NCBI RefSeq assembly: GCF_964204645.1 | Contig: NC_134028.1 | Span: forward strand, 2,666,001-2,730,000 | Direction: 5' to 3' | Length of the DNA: 64,000 bases | Source of the DNA: Tubulanus polymorphus | Lineage: Eukaryota > Animalia > Nemertea | Shown: positions 54,752 through 64,000 of the stretch, one piece after another | How positions within the stretch are numbered: the stretch's first letter is position 1 | How the letters are laid out: each line of letters starts with the position of its first letter | The notes under the pieces: generated by a model | Database searches by the model: none | Told to the model about the DNA's origin: nothing | What the model saw: only the letters and a program-made list of their open reading frames with translations | Position numbers and translations under genes: made by a program

Positions 54752-54919
54752 CAGTAAACCTCGCCTGATTTCGGACAAACTGTGGGACCGGTAACATTGG
54801 TCCGAGGTTAGCAAAGTATGAGTCAAGGGTTGGAAAATAAGTCAGAGAAATGATTTCGTTTTTGTTCGAGTTAGTCGAAAGTCCGAGTTGGCCTTGTCCG
54901 AGTGAGGCAGGGTTTACTG
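54752..54919. mobile_element. Tc1/pogo-like MITE remnant
   Basis: Left cagtaaacctcgcctgatttcggaca vs right tgtccgagtgaggcagggtttactg; the right end is followed by TA. CAGT termini with TA flanks are typical of the Tc1/mariner superfamily. Confidence 0.55.
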
Positions 54920-56282
54920 TAGTATATTATATGACATTTGGATGTATTAATTTATGAGTTCATCATGATTCAGCACAAGCCAGACTAGATTATGTCATCC
55001 TCAGAAAAACCCATGAATTTTAATTATTCATTCGTATTCAATATGAAATGTTGGATACTTGTGCATCTTTCATGAGTTTACAACAGTATCAATTTCATAC
55101 AGGAACAGTGATATCACTAATATAGCTGGAGTCTATTCCAAACATCGCTTGACTTGAAACGTAAAACCCTATTTGGAGCATGTGGTTTCAAGTAAATAGT
55201 GTTTACCTGTATCTATTCAGTTCAGTGTTCGGTTTCAGTATTTTTGTGAAATAAAATACATGTAACGATAGCATTGATTATGTCAATAGACCTGAGAAAC
55301 TACGCATGTATTTGAATTTTTAAAATTCCATGTGAATGAACTTCCTTTTCGAATCCATTTAGATGTACAAAGGCTTTAACTTTCCTTCTGAAATCAAAAA
55401 AAAACTTAGAATCCAATTTTTTTTTAAGTTTGTAAACTATATCAGTATTTTTTGAAGTCTAAATGAAGAAAGTTTGGACTTGTCGACTGTACAGAGTTAT
55501 AACGCCTATTGTTGTTGTAATAAATTAAAGGTTTATTATCAAAAATCATGTGTACTTTTTTACATAATTTCTCAGCATGTGATGTTAAAGTGCAGTAAAG
55601 CGACTCCTATTAGTTGGACATGCTCTAGTACCGTTCAGACAAAGCAAACCTTTTTACTCCACAACTCTCCCAGTCCATTTTAGAATGGCACCCTACATGT
55701 CTAAAATGTCTTCGATGAATGTCGTAATTCAATTTGGCTATTCATTCCCTCTAGTTCTTCATTAGGGTTGGGTTCAGCCAAGGACCTACAAGAAAGATAC
55801 TGTTATACATCGTCATTGTTAGATTACCAGTGTTAGCTTGGAATTCCAAGGTGTTAGCCAACCGCTAACCTCAATATTATCTACCCATCATGTATAAACT
55901 GCCCCTAAAACGGCAGAGTCTAGGAAAGGGCTGATGTAAATAGACTCACCACCTCCGCTGATTTACTTTATACTGGGCATCGACCACAGTATTCCATCAG
56001 AAACGATGATGAACAAAATAACATGAACAAATTGTGGTTTGTAGTGTGTTGTAAGGCAAAGGTTGGCACTTTTGGTGAGGAAAAAGTAGCATTTTTAAAG
56101 GAATTGCGCCCATGATAGTAGACTCAGTAACTGTCCATCATTTCAATTTCAAACCACAACAATTGCCTATACGACTAACCCATGTGAGAATCATTTTTAT
56201 TGAGAAAGTGGCTTCAAAGTGTTAGATGATTAAGAGAATTTGATTGAATAAAGCATTAGCGGTGACGAAATAGGTGATTGAG

Positions 56283-56622
56283 AATTCGCCCGTCGCATAA
56301 AAAAATAGATGTCAGAAACTCAACCGTCTAATGCTGCCCCTATGTATAACGATAGCGGATACAATGCGAACTAGTATAATACTCGCTTGCCAAAGTCATT
56401 GAACTGCCGTAATGGACAAACTATTTACCAATTTTCGGGCCGGGTTCCAAAAATTCGCCCGTCACAGTAAAATAGATGTCAGAAACTCAACCGTCTAGTG
56501 CTGCCCCTATGTATAACGATAGCGGATATAACGCGAACTACCATATAACTAACTCGCTTGCCAAAGTCATTGAACTGCCGTAATGGACAAACTATTTACC
56601 AATTTGCGGGCCGGGTTCCAAA
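56283..56622. repeat. Tandem duplication of a ~169-bp unit (2 copies)
   Basis: aattcgcccgtc...gggccgggttccaaa starts at 56283 and again at 56452, with only a few substitutions/indels. Confidence 0.92.
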
Positions 56623-56996
56623 AAATCTGAATGTTGACAGCCACATCAAAAGAGCAGAACAGACTTAAGAGAACACTTAAATTTAAATAAAAGGCATATA
56701 TTTTATAACATCAAATGTTATTTCATTATAAGTACGTATAAATACGATTGTGTTAAAATGCAGGAAACTAAAAGAATCATGATTTGCCAGAGCAGAGCGC
56801 AAAACACACTAGTCAATACAAAATTTGACGATCGCAATGAAAATACCATAACATGCTTATCACAAACACAAACATAACTATTGTATGTAAATGACTGGAA
56901 TGAATATTGCAGATGCTTGGTTTCAACCAGACTAATTCATTATATAATAAAACATTAGCCTAATTTTGCTCCAGAATATGACTTTCAAAAGGCATG

Positions 56997-58428
56997 TCAA
57001 CCCTTGCCGTAGTAATATTGTACGGCTCTTTCTGATAACTTCCATCCGTGAGCTCGTAATTCAATGAGTTCCATTAGAGAATTCCTCGTGTCGGAATCAG
57101 TATCGGGCTCAATGATCGCGTCACGAATTCTTCCCATGACTTCGTTCATCCTATGTCTATTGCTCTGGCACAAATCGGATCCCACTTCATGAAATACACC
57201 ACAAAGCAAATCGATCTGAAATTAGATTTAAGATAATCGTGTATTTTGAAAGTCATTGTCTCTCTCCCCATCCAGGAGTGATAGACAAGTAAAAAGTACC
57301 CCAGGTTACACCGATACAAACAAATAGATAATTTTAAGCAGCAATAATACCAATGTATGAGCGCATTAGATTTTTTATGGAATTTACAAATTGTGTTGGC
57401 GCGAGCTTCGGCAGGCGGTATCAAACCTTGACACGTCGATGCAATTACCTCAGCAATGTTATCCACACTAGGCGTAACACTGAGTTTGAGGAGACAGTCG
57501 AACAGAAGCTCCACCAGACCGGTGAGACCTCGACCATGTGGACGGATTCTCTCGTATAATTTTGTGACTAATCTGACGAACAGAATCCAATGTTGAACTC
57601 CGACATCTCTCATATTGTCATAATCATTGAACAGATTTCTACATGATGATATAATCGCTTTTCTGAATTCATACGACGGGATGATGTCGCCGCTTTCCAT
57701 TTCAAATTCAATCTGAAATCAATGATAGCACATAGTGTGGGGTCAGTGATATAGCTATTTGAAACCTGGTCAGCTTCTCTTACAGCTAATTCTGGTACCA
57801 ATTTCCAAATTCATTAAAACGTAGTCAGTGGCTAATTTACTGTCATTTTAAGATTTCTAAAAATAATTTTTGAACTGATGCAGATTCAAAGGGTGGCCAT
57901 TTACTGCCAATTTATGAATTCCCTGAGTTTTCCCTAATTATTAAGTTATAACAGAAAATTTTCTGAAGAAATTCTTGGTTTAAAATGTTCCAATTTATTC
58001 ATTTTTCGTGAATAATGTATTAATCAAGAAATCCCCTTAATTTTCCATGATTTGTTTCTAGATTTTTCTGATTCCCTCAGTTTTCCAGGTCAGTGGCCAC
58101 ACTGAAAGTACGGGGAAGCAGCTGTTTACATACATCACAAATTCTTTGACAGGCAGTGGCGACCACTTTGTAATACCCATTTATCATGCATGCTTTATAA
58201 GTGATCTCTTCAGCAACTTTTCGCAGTTCATCGCAATTTAATCGAGCCGGATCTGAAAATATCGGTTAAATTTGTCTTTCAGTAAATTGTAAGTTATACT
58301 ATAAAACTTGACCCGTAGTGGTACAACTTACTATTATACATACTTGTTAAAGCTAGGCGTATATACGGTTGCGCTTGCTCTGAATAATGATCAAGGCAGA
58401 AGTCTTCAAACGTGTATTCTGATGACAT
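56997..58428 (-). CDS. MIF4GD: MIF4G domain-containing protein (MIF4GD/SLIP1-like), 228 aa
   Basis: Exons 58428-58344 (85 nt), 58252-58134 (119), 57712-57449 (264), 57215-56997 (219), GT-AG and in frame. C-terminus LMELIELRAHGWKLSERAVQYYY matches the MIF4GD/CTIF-type E-x-I-E-x-R-A-x-G-W...YYY signature. Short length favours MIF4GD over CTIF. Confidence 0.88.
57889..58104. mobile_element. Degenerate MITE in MIF4GD intron 2
   Basis: Ends agggtggcca... and ...gtggccacactg are imperfect TIRs; internal ttccct(g/c)agttttcc is repeated near both ends. Confidence 0.45.
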
Positions 58429-59968
58429 ATCTGCTAAGTGTATATGATAGGACCTTAAAGTAGGATTACGCAGCAGCAATAGTAAGGATTCACTTCTTTC
58501 ACGTCCTAGGTTGGGACAATGCAAGCAGGGAGTGAAAACGAAAATAAATTAAGGCCTAAAAAAGAAGACTCGAAAAGTTGAGAAAGGGTTTGGTCTATGT
58601 GCTGTGTAAGGTTAATCACACTACTGTCACTGTGGCTAGGAATTGAACCATACCAGCAGACCAGGCAGGCAGGGCTGTAGGGTATTTATTCTTATTGACC
58701 AATTTCTATATAGTTCACGCTTATCATCCATAAAGTTCAGTTTTTAGATAATACATAGAAAATTAGAATTGCTTTTGACAAAGAATGACATTTATCCCTT
58801 TTCTCATTTCTGTTTCTTTGCTTGTAAAACAACAATATCCAAATTTTACCCAAGTTCCTAACAAATGCATTAAAAACTTGAAAAATAAGTGATACCTTAA
58901 TGTTTATTCTACGCGTAAAACTGTTAGAATCTGAGTAAAAGTCGATTTATTTCGTGAAAATCGGGAAATCTTTGCTTTACACTCTTCGGGATTCCCCGGA
59001 ATCCCGTAACACTAAATCACACAAGATGGAATTACAATGACTAAATCGCGGAACGTGACTCGGGAACGTGAGTCTCGCATCGCCGGCTCGTTCCATCGCG
59101 AGTCACGCCGGTCTTTGGAAGGTAAAAGAGGTGGCTGTCGTCCAGGACAGGCTGAGCCCTTCCTTTTCCATGTGGGCCCATAGCCAAAACAATTGAAAAC
59201 AAATTATCATTTGTTATTCATTTATTTTTCAGAAATATATTACAACAATTTGTATGTTACTAGTTTCGCACGGCCGAATGCCGTACTGACGAAAAAGGAA
59301 TGTTAGAATAAAATGTAGTAGTTGGTTTATAAAGAACTAAGTTAAAAATCATCCTTGATTTGAAAATATTCAAACTTTTACTGTAATTCATTGTCTGACT
59401 AATTTGATTCCAAAGTGACCCTCTCCTCTTCAAGCTCAAGTGTAGCATGTTTATCGAAATTCGTATTATGGTCTAATTCAATATATCATTAAACCCATAT
59501 GCCAGAAAAAAAAGTTTAGGACCCTTTAAGATTTCTTTTTACGTTAGTATTTCTATTAATGACTAAATGGAGATTAGTCCTCGATGATAATTATGAATTG
59601 GTGCATTTAACTCAAAAAGATCAGCGAACGTGCGAAATCGCTCCTAAATTAGGAAATCCCTGTCCAACAACGCTCAGTTTAAGGTCCAGCTGTATCTGTT
59701 GTACTTAAGTCCCTAAGTGATCTTACATTTCAAGACTATAAAGTCTTAGTCAGTTGGCCACTTAAAATAGTCTTAATAACGTTGTTAAACTGGCCACATA
59801 ACTAAGTTGGTTTTAGACTGTGCAACTGGCCCATGGGCATCGGCGCTTTCCTACGTGGAAGCACCCCTAATATGAAATAGTATCGCGAACTATTGCAGGA
59901 TTCGAATCTAATGGCGTTTTGGTGGCATTCTCATTCTTTACTTCTCGGCGGGAATATCATTACTAGCC

Positions 59969-60066
59969 ATTGGTCAGTATTGTGCAATATGACGTCACAC
60001 CGGTGTCGGTATATAAGGCCCGGTCACGGGGTCAGTCTTTCCAGTTCGGCCATTTTCCGGTAAGTT
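59969..60066 (+). promoter_or_regulatory. Compact Pol II promoter and short non-coding first exon
   Basis: ATTGG 59969, C/EBP-like ATTGTGCAAT 59979-59988, CRE TGACGTCA 59990-59997, TATATAA 60010-60016, Inr-like CCAGTT ~60041, YY1 GCCATTTT ~60049, donor cg|gtaagt at 60060. Confidence 0.7.
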
Positions 60067-60261
60067 CTGCGTCCATTTTATTTTTTCTGTCGATAAAATC
60101 TCTCGATTCTTGATTGATTATCTATCAACTTGGTATTAATTTTTCTTTATTAATATTGCAGCAGCATTCAACGAAACAACAAGCAAGCCAGTAGCATCAG
60201 CAACATCAGGAACACACATACAGCAGCAGAAGAAAAAGAAGATAAAGATTGAATTAGAAAA

Positions 60262-60352
60262 ATGTCGTACACATTCGTTTTAGAGATCTTGCAGGCGGTA
60301 CAGGTCGAGGCGGTGAAGAACAGCGGGTCCCTCGACCTGTTCTGCATCATAA
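60262..60352 (+). CDS. First coding segment (or uORF) of an unidentified gene: MSYTFVLEILQAVQVEAVKNSGSLDLFCII
   Basis: Exon from the ttgcag acceptor (~60161) to the aa|gtaagt donor after 60352. aaaaATG start, GC-elevated codons, directly downstream of the promoter. No continuing exon identified in the window. Confidence 0.55.
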
Positions 60353-62297
60353 GTAAGTTTTTACTCAATCCTTTATCTCAATTATTAAGCGTCACATATC
60401 TTAATTACTTATCTCGGTTATCTCGAATATTCAATACACGACAATCTAGCACATATCTCTGAAATTTCATTATAGAATTTTTCGAATCCGAAATCTTTAA
60501 CTAGAGTAGCTAAACTGCTAAATACTTATCCATTTCTATTCAGATGATTTTTTTCTATTCATTTGAATACCTCACTTACTTGAAAGTTCAATTATTTCTG
60601 ATAACAAAAATATCGACTTCAATATATCAAATGTATAATTTTTCAATAATTTGATTCTAGGTCAAATCTCAGTTAAATATAAAAAAAATTGGTTCTTTCT
60701 TAAATCATTAATTTGTATTCTCAATTATATAATCTAAGAATAGTTTAATATTCCTTTTATTCAGTGATAACTCAATTATTCTTCATTGAAAAATACAATT
60801 TCATTTGATTTTGAAAATTCATTCAAGCATCTACAAAAATTCAATATGGAAAGGAAATTATTTCTATTTCTTCATTAAAACAGTCTAAATTATAAATTAA
60901 CTGCAGTAATAACAAATAAATCTACCCTTGATGTCTCATTGAAGTTCCATTCCTTTGCCTTATTCGAGACAAATATTCATGGAACAAAATTGAATTGAAT
61001 TTAATAGAATGTGACTCTGACGAATGGGATTTAATATAATGATATCAAAACTTATTTCCGGGTTTAAATTTGACGTTTGTAAAGAATTTCCATCATGCGC
61101 TCCAAGCATGTATCATTGATGCTCTTTAATTCTTTTCAGAAAGCAGCAAATAAACAGATTGAAACTGTTTAATAGATAATAGGCCTCAGTCATAATTGAC
61201 ATCATTATCATGTGTTATATAGCTGGGCGAACCAGTCAGACCATGGCATCGCACCATCCACAGGCCACATCACATGCCTTTTATGTGAAGTTTGAATTTG
61301 AAACTCAGCATTGCGAGTTAGGCTATTGGTAAAAGTGCATATCCGCACCTCTCAGCGTAAACGGTTCAATCAATTACGTTCAATATCATTGTTTCAGATT
61401 CAAAATGTCATCAGCAATTCAGTACATTGCCATTGGTTAATTTTAAGATATCTTCACTAAGAGAGTAGAAAGATTTTAGACAGGATTCTGTCAGTGTCAT
61501 TCAGCAGATTGCGTCAATCAAGAGAGGTGCGGATCTGCACTTTTACCAGGCTATTGAGTTAGGCCTGATGAAGTTAGAAAAGGTTTCTTTTTTGTTGAAA
61601 AAATTATTTTCAATCGGGCCTAAAAGCTACGGTAGGTACCAGCCAGACCCAGATATTTATCTATCTCTTAGTCTTAAGTCTAGCAACCCCGGCCTAGTGT
61701 TTTTCCAGCCTAGGCCTAGCATTTTTTTCCTGCCCGGGCCTTGTATATTTCCAACCCTGGCAAGTGTTTTATTCAGAGCCGGCCTAGCTTTTTAGCAGGC
61801 CCCGGTGTAGCGTTTCTCCAGCCCAGCCCTCGTAACATCACAACTTAAAACTTCAACAGAAATGATATGAACGCAGTTTTTTGCGGGGAAGTAGGTGTCG
61901 TTATATTTACAGTGAATTATTCCACCGATGGATTCAACGTTCGAGGGGTAAGTAGTGACTCATTTGAAATATCTAATGAATATCGGTATACGTGAAATAG
62001 GCCTAGATTCCAATTATTATTCATTATTCACAGTTTAATGATATTTTGTTTTATGAGTGAATGATAATATATTTAATATTTTGTAGTAAATGGATTTGAT
62101 TGATTTGTATGAAGTCACCTGGTTGCGGGAGGAAGTTTGAATAATCGCGTAACGTACAATAACAATTTACTAAATGTAAGTGTTATCGATCCCTCATTTA
62201 TTCATTATCTAATGATTTATATATTTGGTTTTTATGACAACGTGTTTTTATGAAAATGTGTTTATTATATTTAGAATAAATTTGTTTGAAGCCGGCT

Positions 62298-62527
62298 GTG
62301 ATACCAGTGATACCAGTGCATCATCCCAGTACCAATGATACCAGTGCATCAAGCCAGTACCAGTGATACCAGTGCATCAAGCCAGTACCAGTGATACCAG
62401 TGTATCATCCCAGTACCAGTGATACCAATGCATCATCCCAGTACCAGTGATACCAGTGCATCAAACCAGTACCAGTGATACCAGTGCATCGTCCCAGTAC
62501 CAGCGATACCAGTGCATCAAGCCAGTA
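62298..62527. repeat. 28-bp minisatellite, ~8 copies
   Basis: Unit gtgataccagtgcatca(tc/ag)ccagtacca repeated head-to-tail from 62307, with no spacers. Confidence 0.95.
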
Positions 62528-64000
62528 TGGTTATTCTACAAACTGCTGATTGTTGATTTTTCGGTTTCTATTGGTTTCGGTTTCTGTGGTTACTGATGAT
62601 ATTTGAATGAAATTCTTTGCTTCGTTTTTTTGTTTGAAATGAAAATTAAGTAAATTTTGGCATATTTGTACTTTGAATACAATTTACGTTGTAAACATTT
62701 TAAATAAAATGATACATTGAGAAATCAGAATTGTCAGAATTCGTTTTTTGGTTGAAATTCAATATTCAGTAAATATATATTTAGTATTTGCCGTTATCAG
62801 AATTAAGATAACTGTTAGCCTTTGTTGTTTCTTGGTCAAAAAAGTACATTTTGCATATTTTTTCTTGTCTTGAATTTTGGTTATACATTTATACCCTTGA
62901 TCTCATCATCACAAAAACATGTTTTGATCAGAAACGAAATGGCTTTCTTGTGTTTTTTACACCAAAAATATCATTGTTAGGCCTGATGCTTCCCGTATTA
63001 CTTTGAAATTTGAAATGGGTATATTTGTTGAAGGGATACTCAATGAAACCGGTTTTTCGATTAGCCAATATTACGCAATCAGCGGCCATCTTAGTCTCAT
63101 CAAACCTCGTTCATTGGAAAAGGGTTTTATCGATGAAAATATCAACTTCTTTCATAAACCTTAATAGGTCTCTTCATGCGTCCCTCCATCTTGAATTGTT
63201 TATTTGTATTATTATTGTAAAGTTCATATACATGTAATTCAAAATGATAAATGAATTATCATATTATGATATTATTTTTTAGGATTTTATAGGCAATTTT
63301 TCGATTCAGGTTTGTCCCAGTATATTTTTTATCGCTATCAATTGCAAAGTTGTAACTAATGACTGTACAGTACTTGAAGATTTGGTGAGGTTTCAGTGAG
63401 GCCAAAACTTATTTTGTACTTTTTTTATATGAATAGTTAAAATCAGGTTTTCAGTGAAAATGAATTTTGGTGTTTGATTTCAAGACAAATCGCTTTTTGT
63501 AAGTGGTTAAAATCCATTTGAGATGAATACCCAGAAAGATGTATTCAAATGTGTTGAAATGTATTCAAACGTAGCGTCTTATCAGAATACTGTCTTAGAT
63601 TACGTCAAATATAAGCTGAACATTTTTGAATACAACTCCAGAACTACATCAGAACATGGACGTATAGTTTATACGTCCATGATCAGAACTAGTAGTGTAA
63701 TATATCCTCTTAATGAAGTCGTAGGAGGTATTAGGCCACACAAAGAAATACCCTAGTTTCTTAAGAAAGTCAAATGCCGCCCGCGTCATGAAAAAAGTCC
63801 ATAATATAAATTAAAAAGACAAATGCGCTCGCCCACTTCGGCAAAGCATCAATCGTCTGTTTTTATAAACATTTAAACCCGCTTGCCCGCATAGCTGTAT
63901 AGTGTACGACAGTGGCGTTTATGTTCATCCTCGACATACTGGTAATCCACATTTACGGTGACAAAAACAGCGCAAAAACCTTTGAATTCTTAAATACACT

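Noticed and set aside
62298-62527. CRISPR-like 28-bp repeats
   Set aside because: Units are head-to-tail with no unique spacers, there are no cas genes, and the context is eukaryotic.

Overview
AT-rich eukaryotic (invertebrate animal-like) genomic DNA with GT-AG spliced genes; not prokaryotic, and most entries in the ORF track are noise. I reconstructed three multi-exon genes by hand: (1) a Polycomb chromobox gene (CBX/Pc family, - strand, 5 exons, 10036..8376); (2) a ~28 kb Rab26/Rab37-family GTPase gene (+ strand, 21942..49964); (3) an MIF4GD/SLIP1-like gene (- strand, 4 coding exons, 58428..56997). There is also a TATA/CRE promoter with the first exons of a fourth gene at ~60 kb, and a single-exon TM-anchored ORF at 2854..3291. 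The most striking structure is the Rab locus. It has two alternative first-exon + P-loop/switch I exon modules, two duplicated 67-nt switch II exons that must be mutually exclusive, and a possible alternative C-terminal exon, so one gene could encode several GTPases with different effector surfaces. Non-coding features include minimal hammerhead-ribozyme motifs in Penelope-like remnants, several MITE-like elements, a ~1.06 kb pure polypyrimidine tract, tandem repeats and decayed coding remnants. All homology calls come from motif recognition and memory; no searches were run.
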